Origin: Microcoleaceae cyanobacterium
GTDB taxonomy: Bacteria > Cyanobacteriota > Cyanobacteriia > Cyanobacteriales > Microcoleaceae
Length of the DNA: 64,000 bases
Reading direction: 5' to 3'
Assembly: GCA_051652765.1 (NCBI GenBank)
Contig: JBOFUV010000008.1
Location: forward strand, 1 to 64,000
The position numbers and the translations under genes were made by a program. A model generated the notes under the pieces. That model did not search any database and had not been told where the DNA came from. It worked only from the letters and a program-made list of their open reading frames with translations. Shown piece by piece: positions 22,198 to 32,040 of the stretch. Position 1 is the stretch's first letter. Every line of letters begins with the position of its first letter.

Positions 22198-23028
22198 CTA
22201 ACTCAAGAGTTTGTTAAAGCACGACGTAATTAGATTTTCTGCTTGATGAATTAGAGAATCGTCTACCTTAACTTGATATCCCCTCTGATTATTAATTTCC
22301 TGAGCGATTTGCCAAAGGTTAGCATTTCCCTTTCTGGCTCCTAACCCCTGAATTGCACATTCGATTTGCCTAACTCCACAATCTAAACCAATCAAAGACA
22401 TTGCAACTGCTTGCCCTAAATCATTATGACAATGAACAGAAACGACAACTTGATCAATTTTAGGAACTCGAGTAAAAATAGCACTTAATAAAATCAGAAA
22501 GGATTCAGGAGAAGCAACCCCTAAACTATCAGGAATAGTAACAATTTTTGCTCCGCTTTGAATGGCAAGCTCAATTGCTTGACAAAGAAAATCCAAGTCA
22601 CTTCGAGTTGCGTCAAAAGCACTCCATTGAACTTCATCACAAGCATCTTTTGCTAATGAAACGCTAGTTTGAATTGCTGATAAAACCGTTTCAGGTTGCG
22701 TTTGCTTGCCAGAAGCTTTAAGGTTAACCAAGGTGTAAAGGTTGATGCGACTATACTTTGCAGTTTCTAATGCTTTTGCAAGTTGATAAATTTCAGGCTC
22801 GCGAGAACCTGATAAACCGCAGATCGTTGACCGCTCAACAACTTTTGCAACTTCTACCATTGCTTGAAAGTCTTGAGAATACTGTCCTGGATAACCAACT
22901 TCAATCACTCCAATGCCAGCAGATTCTAAAAGTTGAGCAACCTTAACTTTCACCGCGACATCAAACCTCACTCCTGGCATGAGTTCTCCATCCCGTAAGG
23001 TCGTATCAAAAAGCGTTATTGGAATCAT
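22198..23028 (-). CDS. Short LeuA/HMGL-like DRE-TIM enzyme (catalytic barrel only)
   Basis: FDTTLRDGE, IEVGYP, HCHNDLG, GLGARKGN; only 276 aa. Confidence 0.8.
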   Translation of the reverse strand: MIPITLFDTTLRDGELMPGVRFDVAVKVKVAQLLESAGIGVIEVGYPGQYSQDFQAMVEVAKVVERSTICGLSGSREPEIYQLAKALETAKYSRINLYTLVNLKASGKQTQPETVLSAIQTSVSLAKDACDEVQWSAFDATRSDLDFLCQAIELAIQSGAKIVTIPDSLGVASPESFLILLSAIFTRVPKIDQVVVSVHCHNDLGQAVAMSLIGLDCGVRQIECAIQGLGARKGNANLWQIAQEINNQRGYQVKVDDSLIHQAENLITSCFNKLLS

Positions 23029-23104
23029 TCCTTCAGATCAAACCTGCAACATTTAAGGTACGGCGGCCTGACAGATCACCCCCAATAAAGCCTTCTCCTC
23101 AACG

Positions 23105-23878
23105 CTAAGATCGCTTTTTTCCAGTTGGAAACTGGTTAATGTGAGCAGATCCATAAAAGATAACAGAGTCATTTTGAATCCTCAGACGATCAACCCGGAG
23201 CTGGGTTCCTTCAAGGGCAAATTTATCTAAATCTAGCAAGCTGTTAACGTGTTCAACTAAAGCTTGGCTCAGTTCAATTGCTTCTGCTTCACCTCGATGA
23301 GTAACGTTAACAAACTGAATCTTTCGACGCTCTTGAACTTCAACTTCTGTGATGAAGTCTATCGGAATTAACGAACCAGACTCTTTGAGCTGAATCAGGG
23401 ACTGAACTCGGAGTTGCTTCTCTGGCGTAACTGTCATCTCTGTATTGTTAAAGTCTAGGGATTGCCCTTGATATTGCAGGCGCTGGAGCTTGTCTTTGAC
23501 AAAAGGAGTATTGAATGAATCGGTTAAGTCTGCCTCAGACAGGACGACTCGCATACTTGCCTGGGTAGGCTGCCTAAGCTTGACCTGCCCGGTAAAAATT
23601 GCACCAAATTCAATCGATACAGCTTGTAAGTAAAGCTCCATCACGGCAATCCGTAACCCGTTGTACATCAACATGCCACTGCCGAGGAAATCAAAGCCAT
23701 CGATACTGCCCTGAAGCAACTTGGTAACAGGTTCAGCACGAACATTGGCCTCAACTTTCTCAGATCGCTTAAACAAGGCTGCAATTGCTGCGCCCACGGC
23801 CCTACTGACTAGACGATCACCGCCTTGAGCCTGAAAAGGAGTACTTCCTAGCAAAGTGTGTACCATTCCTTTACTCAC
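23105..23878 (-). CDS. DUF2993/LmeA-like protein
   Basis: VRAEPVTKLLQGSIDGFDF, GLRIAVMEL, RVVLSEADLTDSFN pattern typical of cyanobacterial DUF2993. Confidence 0.7.
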   Translation of the reverse strand: MSKGMVHTLLGSTPFQAQGGDRLVSRAVGAAIAALFKRSEKVEANVRAEPVTKLLQGSIDGFDFLGSGMLMYNGLRIAVMELYLQAVSIEFGAIFTGQVKLRQPTQASMRVVLSEADLTDSFNTPFVKDKLQRLQYQGQSLDFNNTEMTVTPEKQLRVQSLIQLKESGSLIPIDFITEVEVQERRKIQFVNVTHRGEAEAIELSQALVEHVNSLLDLDKFALEGTQLRVDRLRIQNDSVIFYGSAHINQFPTGKKRS

Positions 23879-24225
23879 TCATTCATTCACACCGCTCATT
23901 ATAACTCTTCATAAAGATTTGTTAAATGTTTTTGCCAAACGTTTACAGCAGGACATGAGTGTTCAAGGCAGTTTCTCTAACGCTTTTGATCAGTTTGAAA
24001 GGAGTTTTCCTCTGAGTTTAGTTCTTTTTTAGCTTTCTTCTCTATCTGATAAGTTATATTAATCTACCATTCCTGAACTCGAGTCTAGCTCCCTCCCACC
24101 GGGCATTTCACACTATCCCAAATTTGTTTCAACGGGCAGACGCTTACTCAAGGCTTGCCGTTGAACCAAGGTTATCCATAAAGGTTATCCGTGAAATCAT
24201 TAATTTTTGTTAAATAACTATTTTT

Positions 24226-24255
24226 TGTAAAATTCGATACAGAATTTAGTATACT
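24226..24255 (+). promoter_or_regulatory. NtcA box (TGTA-N8-TACA, 24226-24241) just upstream of a -10 TATACT (24250-24255); repressing arrangement
   Basis: GTAaaattcgaTAC, with the -10 box only 9 bp after the TAC; NtcA repression of gif genes is established. Confidence 0.85.
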
Positions 24256-24386
24256 AAGGCCATGAGACAAAAATCCTCGTTGTTGTGTATTTCACTGATT
24301 CGGAAGAACAGAGCGACGAGTTGGGCTAGGCCAATTTTCTAGCAACTCTCAACCCATTTAAAACTTCATCCGGGGAGGAACCTATT

Positions 24387-24581
24387 ATGAATACTCAAGA
24401 TCAAGCTCGTGCTTTAATGATGCGTCATCACCACCTCGTTAAGAACCGCCAACAATCTTTGCTCAATCGCCTTGCTACAGAAGTTGGGATTGAAGTGGGA
24501 GACTACCACAGTACAATTCAAGGCAAGCCCAGCGAAAACTTCCGAGCTGATTATGAGCGCAGCGGCTCCACAATGAGTTAG
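24387..24581 (+). CDS. gifA: Glutamine synthetase inactivating factor IF7
   Basis: QARALMMRHHHLVKNRQQSLLNRLATEVG matches the IF7 family; strong RBS GGGGAGG; upstream NtcA box. Confidence 0.88.
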   Translation: MNTQDQARALMMRHHHLVKNRQQSLLNRLATEVGIEVGDYHSTIQGKPSENFRADYERSGSTMS

Positions 24582-24603
24582 GGTAAAAGACCCTTAACGT
24601 GAG

Positions 24604-24757
24604 CCATAGCAGTCCTAAAGTTGATGTGTGAGAGATGTGTGAGAATTGCAGGGCCAGAGATTTGCGGATGGGTTCAAAGGGTTCATTCGCAAATCTCTGG
24701 TCAAAAAAAGTTGTATGACCGTACTGTAGTTTCACAATTCAAAGTAGATTGGTGTGG
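24604..24757. mobile_element. MITE-like element (TAGCAgTCCTAAA-type ends) with a strong internal hairpin
   Basis: Left end CATAGCAGTCCTAAAG..TGTGAGA; right end TTTCACAATTCAAAGTAGATTGGTGTGG; internal 13-bp IR CCAGAGATTTGCG / CGCAAATCTCTGG (24654-24700). Confidence 0.5.
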
Positions 24758-24872
24758 TCTGTTCTTGATAGAATGACTGGGAGCTTATTTGTTTGCAAGC
24801 CTCCTAGTTTCTTTGCTTGTCTAGTTTTCCCTTGCTACGCTGGGGCATGGACTATCAGAAATTAGTGAACCT

Positions 24873-25435
24873 ATGACTGATCAGTTTTTCGAGAAGCCGA
24901 TTCTCAACTCGCCCTATGTGTATCCTGCTCGACACTGGGAATTGGATGAAGAGGGTCAGCCCACCAACAAAATTATTTCTCGACTGTCAGTTTCACGACC
25001 TCGAAAGCAACGCGATGGCAGACTGACCCGCGCCGCTGTCAGATTAATTGGGTGGTCTGTGATAGTGATTGGGAAGCGGAGTTTTGCCGGATGGCGGAGG
25101 CGCATCCGCATGTGCGGGCTTATGTGAAAAATCAAAACTTGGGGTTGGAGGTGCCGTATTTGCATGGTTCGGTGCAGCGCAAGTATTTGCCGGATTTTGT
25201 GGTGCAAATTGAGGATGGGCGTGAAGATTTGCTGAATCTGATTGTGGAGATTAAGGGGTATCGGGATGAGGATGCGAAGGAGAAGGCAAGTACGATGCGG
25301 ACGTATTGGATTCCGGGGGTGAACAATTTGGGTGGGTTTGGGCGATGGGCGTTTGCTGAGTTTACGAAGGTGTTTGAAATTGAGGCAGAATTTAGTCAGG
25401 TGGTGGAGAGCCTGATTGCGAGTTCAGCAAAGTAA
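24873..25435 (+). pseudogene. Type III restriction subunit (Res) remnant with a large internal deletion
   Basis: N-terminal FFEKPILNSPYVYPARHWELDEEGQPT joined out of frame near 24980 to the C-terminal nuclease part SFTTSK..WQTDPRRCQINWVVCDSDWEAEFC..YVKNQNLGLEVPY..YLPDFVV..LIVEIKG. No helicase motifs are present. Confidence 0.8.
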
Positions 25436-25451
25436 CTGGGAGGGATTGACG

Positions 25452-26027
25452 ATGACAATCGCAGCGTTGCCGACTAAGACGTATACGCCTGACGAATATT
25501 TGGCGCTAGAAGTTGCGTCAGAGGTTCGGAATGAATATCACAATGGAGAGATTGTTGAGATGACGGGAGGAACACCAACTCATAATGAACTGATTCGAGC
25601 TTTGACGGTTATTTTCAGCTTAGGGTTGCGGGGGCAGCCGTATCAGTTGTTTTTGGCGGATCAGCGGCTGTGGATTCCTGAGCGCCAGATTTATACTTAC
25701 CCGGATGTGATGGTTGTACCGCGACCTGTCGAGCTTCAGTCGGGACGCAAAGATACGGTGATAAATCCGGTTTTGATTGTGGAGGTGTTGTCTGATTCGA
25801 CGGAGGCTTATGACCGGGGTGGGAAGTTTGAGGCTTATCGCACGATCGAGACGTTTCAGGAGTATTTGTTAGTTCATCAATCGCAACGGCAGGTAGAGCA
25901 GTATGTCAAACAAAGTGCGAATCAATGGCTGTTTACTGAGTATGGTGGGGAGGATGTACGGGTGACCTTGGCGACGGTGGCGGTTGAGTTTGCGGTCAAA
26001 GAACTTTATGAAAATGTTGAGTTTTAG
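25452..26027 (+). CDS. Uma2/DUF820 family endonuclease-fold protein
   Basis: YTPDEYLALE, EYHNGEIVEMTGGT..H, YPDVMV, IVEVLSDSTEAYDRGGKF..Y. Confidence 0.92.
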   Translation: MTIAALPTKTYTPDEYLALEVASEVRNEYHNGEIVEMTGGTPTHNELIRALTVIFSLGLRGQPYQLFLADQRLWIPERQIYTYPDVMVVPRPVELQSGRKDTVINPVLIVEVLSDSTEAYDRGGKFEAYRTIETFQEYLLVHQSQRQVEQYVKQSANQWLFTEYGGEDVRVTLATVAVEFAVKELYENVEF

Positions 26028-26036
26028 GAGAATGAG

Positions 26037-26246
26037 ATGCTGAAAAGTTATGAAGCGGTTTATGAAAATGGACAGATTCAATGGTTAGAAGAATCACCTC
26101 CGGTACGGTCTGCCCGTGTGATTGTGACGGTATTGGAAGAGGCAGCGCTACCTGAAGTGAAACGTCGAACGTTTCCAACTAATTTGGCAGGGAAAGTGGA
26201 AATTTTAGGAGATATTGTCAGTCCGATCGTGGATGAAGAGGATTGA
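26037..26246 (+). CDS. Small antitoxin-like protein (AF2212/DUF104-like N-terminus), possibly nonsense-truncated
   Basis: MLKSYEAVYENGQIQWLEE..VIVTVLEE; frame continues EED-TGA-ECLK-TGA. Confidence 0.55.
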   Translation: MLKSYEAVYENGQIQWLEESPPVRSARVIVTVLEEAALPEVKRRTFPTNLAGKVEILGDIVSPIVDEED

Positions 26247-26260
26247 GAATGTCTGAAGTG

Positions 26261-26536
26261 ATGAAGCCATTGCGCTGGAATGGTGAGAAGAATATTCAAC
26301 TACAAGCAGAAAGAGGAATTAACTTTGAAACGGTTTTAAAAGCGATTGATGACGGAAAGGTTTTAGCGACGATTCAGCATCCCAATTTAGAGAAGTATCC
26401 ATCTCAGAGAGTTTTTATCATTGAAATCAATCAATATGTCTATTTGGTGCCGTTTGTAGAAACGGATCAGGAGATTTTTCTCAAAACAATCATTCCCAGT
26501 CGCAAGATGACCAAACAATATTTAGGAGACCAATAA
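26261..26536 (+). CDS. BrnT-like type II toxin
   Basis: RWNGEKNIQLQAERGINFE, HPNLEKYPSQ, YVYLVPFVE, FLKTIIPSRK; next gene starts 1 bp after its stop. Confidence 0.8.
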   Translation: MKPLRWNGEKNIQLQAERGINFETVLKAIDDGKVLATIQHPNLEKYPSQRVFIIEINQYVYLVPFVETDQEIFLKTIIPSRKMTKQYLGDQ

Positions 26537-26537
26537 T

Positions 26538-26810
26538 ATGCCGTCTTTAGATGCGGAAGAACAAGACATTCGAGACTCTGTGGAAAACGGTGAATGGCAA
26601 CCTGTCTCGAATATGCAGGGAGAAATTCAACGATATCAGCAGTATGCCCAAGCGCAATTGGAGACTTTGGAAGAAGTCAGAGTTCAGCTTTCTGCTCAGG
26701 ATGTCCGATCGCTGCATGAGTTAGCGCAGCAGACAGGAACGTCTGTATCGCTGTTGGTTTCTAGCGTGATCCATCAATACGTTACCCGTCAGTCTTCTTC
26801 GCAGTCCTAG
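26538..26810 (+). CDS. Cognate antitoxin (C-terminal ribbon-helix-helix-like)
   Basis: LDAEEQDIRDSVENGEW N-terminus; VRVQLSAQDVRSLHELAQQTGTSVSLLVSSVIHQYV; directly after the toxin. Confidence 0.75.
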   Translation: MPSLDAEEQDIRDSVENGEWQPVSNMQGEIQRYQQYAQAQLETLEEVRVQLSAQDVRSLHELAQQTGTSVSLLVSSVIHQYVTRQSSSQS

Positions 26811-26828
26811 TTATCAAGAGTACCGTTT

Positions 26829-28123
26829 ATGCCTCCTCGTCAACCGAAATCCAACAGTTCTAAGAAAGTCGAAGCGCTGAACCACACGGAAGACAAGCGC
26901 AAGAATATTCTGACGGCAGAATATCAGTCTGTCATGGCGGAGGAAGAGAAAAGCTCAATTCGAGTGGCCTATGAGTGCCGCAATCGCGATCTCGATCCGC
27001 GGTTGGTGTGGCGGGGCAAGGATGAGCAGGATTGGAGTGATTTGGTGGTGAGTGCGCCGCCGTTATATATCCAGGAGAAGGTGCATCCGAAGGTGTTGGT
27101 GAAGGATTTGCGGCGACAAAGTGCGGAGCGAACTGAGGCGGTAGAAGATAAGCAGCTTGATTTGTTTGCGGATTTTAATGGCTTACCCAAGGGAGTAACG
27201 GGCACAGAGTTTTATCAGCACGATGCCAACTGGACGAATCGGATGATTTTGGGGGATAGTTTGCAGGTGATGGCGAGTTTGGCGGAGCGGGAAGGGTTGC
27301 AGGGCAAGGTGCAATGTATTTATCTCGATCCGCCCTATGGGATTCGGTTTAACTCGAATTTTCAATGGTCTACGACGAGCCGTGATGTGAAGGATGGCAA
27401 GGTGGATCAGATTACTCGTGAACCGGAACAGGTGAAGGCGTTTCGGGATACTTGGCGGGATGGGATTCATTCTTCTCTAACTTACTTAAGAGATCGGTTG
27501 ACGGTTGCTAGAGATTTGTTTACGGATAGTGGATCAATCTTTGTGCAGATTGGTGATGAGAATGTGCATCGAGTGCGATCATTAATGGATGAGATTTTCG
27601 GGGAGGAGAACTTTCAAGCACAAATATCTTTCAAGTCAACTAAGCCCTTGGGACAGAAAGGATTAGCTAAGGTTTATGATTTTTTGATTTGGTACTCCAA
27701 AGATAGTCAAGCAATCAAATTTAGAAATATTTTCAAACTTAAGGATATTAGTGACGATAAAGAGTACCGCTTCTACGAGGATACTCCTGGCTATCAATGT
27801 ATTACTCGTTTATCAGAACAGGAATTCAAGCAACTACCCAACCCTAATAGAGTTTACAGAAGGCAAAAACTCAATTCATCTGGATTTACTCCAAGTTGCA
27901 CTTATGATTTCTCGCTTTTCGGCAAGGATTGTAAGCCGTGGGGTGGAAAAAGTTGAGCGACTAATCCGCAGGGAATGCAAAAACTTATCAGAGCAAATCG
28001 TTTGTTTCTTTTAGGTGATAGTCCTTACTACAAGAGGTATTTTGGCGATGCTCCAATGCAGCAATACAATAATTGCTGACGGATCTTTCAGGTGGAGATC
28101 CACAGCTTTATGTAGTTCAAACA
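26829..28123 (+). pseudogene. Type III DNA adenine methyltransferase (Mod), disrupted and 3'-truncated
   Basis: NRMILGDSL and IYLDPPYG motifs. In-frame TGA at 27954-27956, after which the frame continues ATNPQGMQKLIRANRL. A frameshift near 28078 leads to TDLSGGDPQLYVVQT, then similarity ends with no SAM-binding GSGT motif. Confidence 0.85.
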
Positions 28124-28196
28124 GGGATGTCCCGTGCTGATTGGAAAACCCTGTATCTGAATTTTTGGTCAGTAGCCATTTGGGAAACCTTTGGCT

Positions 28197-29768
28197 CTAA
28201 GCACCTAAGGTATAGAGAAATCCATCTCGGCTACAGATGATAATTTTTCCATCCCAGACCACTGGTGTCGATTCAAAGGAGATGCCCGGTTTGAAATGTC
28301 CGGCTTGTTCTACTTTGAGTTGATAGAATTCTCGTTGAGAATTTGGAATAGCCTTAGGGTTATTTGAATCTGACTTCTCCCAAAAAAGATTGAATAAATA
28401 GACCCCATTGTATCCTGCTGTTACAAGTTTATAGCCATCGGTAAAGATTGGTGTAGAAATAGAGGCTCCAATTTTTTGCTTAAACAAAACTACAGGAGTT
28501 TCATGGGTTCTAGTAAGTAACGGGCCTTTAACTTTTTCTCCCGTTGTTATCTCCTGAGACGCGATATATAAATTTCCATCAATCGCATTTGTGGCAAACA
28601 CGGCTGGATAATTCTCAACGTTATATTCATCATTTAAAGCCACTGAACCAATAATTCCCCCTTTCCAACTCCCCACTCTAGAATCACCCGTCGGTAAAAA
28701 CCATTCAACACTTTCTGCTGGAGACTGATCAGGATTGAGTTTGATCACCCCGCCTTTGCCCGGAATATATTCTTTTTCAATGGCACAAAATAATTTCCCA
28801 GACTTGGAAATTGCCACAGTTCCATCTAAATCTGATCCAGTATAAAAATCCCAAACAATTTCCTGACGAGTCAAATCAATTCCATAAATATGTCCTGAAC
28901 CTGAAGCCAGAAAAATCCGATTATCCAAACGTGAGGGAGAGGCTTCACTGACTAAATTTCCCCCATGACGACTTTGGTCGCGGGCTTCATAGAGTTTAAC
29001 TTCTCCTAATACTTCGGGTTGCAAAAATCCCGATCTTGAACTTGCAGCTTGAGTGGAACGATTGAGAAAATAGCCAATCCCATTTTCCCCCGCGTTAAAA
29101 ATTCTGCCATCCCCTAAATCCAAAGCAGTGCTGTCATTATCTTGGCTGTAAGATGCCATTTTCCGAATATTGAGCTTCCAAATTTCTTGCCCCGTTCTAA
29201 AGGAAATTGCCCGAAAACTCGGAGCCATTCCTTGTTTGGGTCGTCCTGTGCGGCTCCCTTGGAGAATGACAATTTGGTTTTCTGGGCTGGCTGTTTCGTC
29301 GATATAAACACTGGAGGAACCTTTGATCACATCTCCAAATTTATAACGCCAAATTTCCTCATTGGTTTCAAAGTCAATCTTTCTTAAGTGGTGATCGTAG
29401 GCTCCAACAACCAGATAGATTCTGCCTTGATCTCGGGTAATCGTCGGTTGTCCTGTCCAACCTGCCCCACTCCAGACTTTGCGAGTACTACCCACATAAG
29501 TCACTCCAGTTCCTAAGGGAAACTGTTGTAAAACATTCAATCCTTGGGGAATTCCTCTGCCGTAATATCGTCGCTGAGGATTGCCCAAATAGGTAGGAAC
29601 TAATAAATCAGTTCCAGTACTAATATAATCAACTAAATGATTAAAATATGTTTGTAGTTTTTCCTCAGGAACTTGAATGTTAAAAAGGCGCAGTAGGGTT
29701 GAAGGGAATAGAACACCTAAGGCAAATTGTAAAGAATGTTGATTAAACTGTCGTCGAGATAGCATCAT
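28197..29768 (-). CDS. Tat-exported PQQ-like beta-propeller protein
   Basis: SRRQF twin-Arg signal; repeated xxxW blade motifs (NEEIWRY, GQEIWKL, QEIVWDF); ESTPVVWDG..SRDGFLY. Confidence 0.75.
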   Translation of the reverse strand: MMLSRRQFNQHSLQFALGVLFPSTLLRLFNIQVPEEKLQTYFNHLVDYISTGTDLLVPTYLGNPQRRYYGRGIPQGLNVLQQFPLGTGVTYVGSTRKVWSGAGWTGQPTITRDQGRIYLVVGAYDHHLRKIDFETNEEIWRYKFGDVIKGSSSVYIDETASPENQIVILQGSRTGRPKQGMAPSFRAISFRTGQEIWKLNIRKMASYSQDNDSTALDLGDGRIFNAGENGIGYFLNRSTQAASSRSGFLQPEVLGEVKLYEARDQSRHGGNLVSEASPSRLDNRIFLASGSGHIYGIDLTRQEIVWDFYTGSDLDGTVAISKSGKLFCAIEKEYIPGKGGVIKLNPDQSPAESVEWFLPTGDSRVGSWKGGIIGSVALNDEYNVENYPAVFATNAIDGNLYIASQEITTGEKVKGPLLTRTHETPVVLFKQKIGASISTPIFTDGYKLVTAGYNGVYLFNLFWEKSDSNNPKAIPNSQREFYQLKVEQAGHFKPGISFESTPVVWDGKIIICSRDGFLYTLGA

Positions 29769-29968
29769 TAAGCACCTCATTTTATCCTAAGCAATCCTGA
29801 TTAAACCATGAATTCCAAGAAGTTCTTATGGTTAAAAAAGTTATATGCAATCTGATTTAAACCGTGAACGGGGAGTAGGCATCTTGCCCATGCAGGCTTT
29901 TAGCCTACACTACAGACATCTCATAAACTATTACTAATTACTACATAGGTTCACTGACCTGCATAGGA

Positions 29969-31117
29969 TCAAAAGTCTTCAGTTGCATCAGTGGCAGGAT
30001 TGTCTGTCTGGGGAGCAAGCCAATCCGCAAATTCCTCAGAAAAGCGATCGCCCAAAATCGCCGTTCGAATCCGCTGCGTAAACCGAATTAACTCAGTGAC
30101 GTTGTGAATACTCAGTAAGGTGTAACCCAACAGTTCCTGGGATCGAATCAAATGGCCCAAATAAGCCCGACTAAAGTGATGGCAGGTATAGCAAGGGCAA
30201 GTTTCATCTAGGGGGCGAAAATCCTCTCGAAATTGAGCATTCTTGAGGTTCCATCGCTTGCCTTGAATTAGGGCAGAGCCATGACGCGCCAGTCGAGTTG
30301 GAATCACACAGTCGAACAGGTCAATGCCAGCGGCGATCGCCTGGGCCATCTCCCGATGAGTGCCCACCCCCATCAAATAGCGAGGCTTAGACTCCGGCAA
30401 CCAGGGGGTAGTCACCTGAACAATTTTTTCAATCAGTTCGACGGGTTCTCCCACGCTGACCCCTCCAATGGCGTAGCCCGGTAAATCAAGCTGCGACAAT
30501 TGCTGGGCAGCGGCGGCCCGCAAATCAGGATAAACTCCCCCCTGCACAATTCCAAACAGGGCTTGATCCGAGCGTTGATGGGCCCCAACGCAGCGCTCTA
30601 GCCAGCGATAGGTTCGCTCCGTGGCGTTGAAGACGTGTTCTCGACTCGCTGGATAGGGAGGACATTCATCAAAGGCCATGATCACATCTGCCCCAAGCTG
30701 GTTCTGAATTTGAATCGATCGTTCCGGGGTGAGGTGAATCATCTGACCGTCATGGGGCGAGCGAAACGTAACTCCTTCCTCGTTAATCGTCCGCATTTCA
30801 CTCAAGCTAAAAACCTGAAACCCACCCGAATCTGTGAGAATTGGCCCTGGCCAAGCCATGAAGCGGTGCAATCCTCCAGCGGCAGCGACAATTTTCTCTC
30901 CGGGCTGCAGATGCAGATGATAAGTGTTTGCTAGCACCATCTGGGCTCCTGCCGCCTCAAGCTGGGCTGGGGTGAGGGTCTTGACAGTTGCCAAAGTTCC
31001 TACAGGCATAAATCGCGGCGTTTCAACTATCCCATGGGGGGTTGAGAACACACCCACACGCGCTTGGGTTTGGCTACAGCGAGCCTGAACTTTGAACTCA
31101 AAATGATTCGGCATCAA
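29969..31117 (-). CDS. tgt: Queuine tRNA-ribosyltransferase
   Basis: [47 protein letters not shown] Zn site. Confidence 0.98.
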   Translation of the reverse strand: MMPNHFEFKVQARCSQTQARVGVFSTPHGIVETPRFMPVGTLATVKTLTPAQLEAAGAQMVLANTYHLHLQPGEKIVAAAGGLHRFMAWPGPILTDSGGFQVFSLSEMRTINEEGVTFRSPHDGQMIHLTPERSIQIQNQLGADVIMAFDECPPYPASREHVFNATERTYRWLERCVGAHQRSDQALFGIVQGGVYPDLRAAAAQQLSQLDLPGYAIGGVSVGEPVELIEKIVQVTTPWLPESKPRYLMGVGTHREMAQAIAAGIDLFDCVIPTRLARHGSALIQGKRWNLKNAQFREDFRPLDETCPCYTCHHFSRAYLGHLIRSQELLGYTLLSIHNVTELIRFTQRIRTAILGDRFSEEFADWLAPQTDNPATDATEDF

Positions 31118-31159
31118 AGGTTTGACATCAAGCTAGCAATTCGGGATGGGCAGGAAAAC

Positions 31160-31618
31160 TTAGAATGAGCAGTCATCCTCAGGCTGAGTCTCCCAATTGC
31201 CAGATAAAACCTGATCCATTACCGCATCCAGCGCTGCTGCGTTAAAGTTGCGAACCACTTGATCTTGACCTTGATCTTGAAGCGGATGAGACTGAGGAAT
31301 CAATCTGAGCACCCGACTATCTTGAATCAGATCAAAATAGGTCTCTCGGTCAGGGGACTGCTTTAACTCTAAATAATCAAAGCTACAAACATTCAAGTAA
31401 AGAGAGTGATTGGCAACTAAGGTTGCTTGATATTGGTCAGAAAATACCTCAAGGATGTAGCCATTTCCCTCCGCTTGCACTTGTCCATCTTGAATATGCG
31501 AGTAGCAAACACGACCCAAATCGGCCAGCAGTTTTTGCATATCCCGCTTATTCACCACAATACCTGAATCAACAATGCAAGGGGCAGATGCCCTAAAATT
31601 TACCTGATCATAACTCAT
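31160..31618 (-). CDS. Conserved hypothetical cyanobacterial protein
   Basis: 152-aa ORF from ATG 31618 with coding-like composition; co-oriented with tgt. Confidence 0.6.
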   Translation of the reverse strand: MSYDQVNFRASAPCIVDSGIVVNKRDMQKLLADLGRVCYSHIQDGQVQAEGNGYILEVFSDQYQATLVANHSLYLNVCSFDYLELKQSPDRETYFDLIQDSRVLRLIPQSHPLQDQGQDQVVRNFNAAALDAVMDQVLSGNWETQPEDDCSF

Positions 31619-32040
31619 GGGATCAAAGCCTCTGGTGTAATTAAAGCTCCACCTAGAACTCCCACCCAACTTAGTGAAATACTTGTGAGAATTCATACTC
31701 GTTGGAACCCCTTCACCCCTAGTGTATACGAATTCAACCCGAAAGTTATTGATTTCACTGGGACAAAATTCTCTGTTCCATCGCGTCAAGATCAAGCAAG
31801 ATCCGTTAGTTTAAGTAAACTTTAGTACTACAAAACTCTCAGTGAATTCGTTCAAGTTAAAAGCTTAGATATCATCCCAAAAGGATTAGAGCATTTTCTT
31901 TTAAAAGAAGAAGGACAGGAATTAGAGAAAAAATTGATACACGGCAAACACGATATGTCATTCTTTAAACTCCTCCTGTAACAAACAAGAGGAGTTGAAT
32001 TGTAAGCCAGTATTACTTAGGCTTCTAGCTAGGCTTCTAG

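Noticed and set aside
22198..23028. Canonical leuA
   Set aside because: Too short, with altered motifs, so no gene symbol was assigned
26244..28079. TGA recoding (Trp or Sec) in the island
   Set aside because: TGA is a normal stop elsewhere in the window, and accompanying frameshifts and deletions indicate decay
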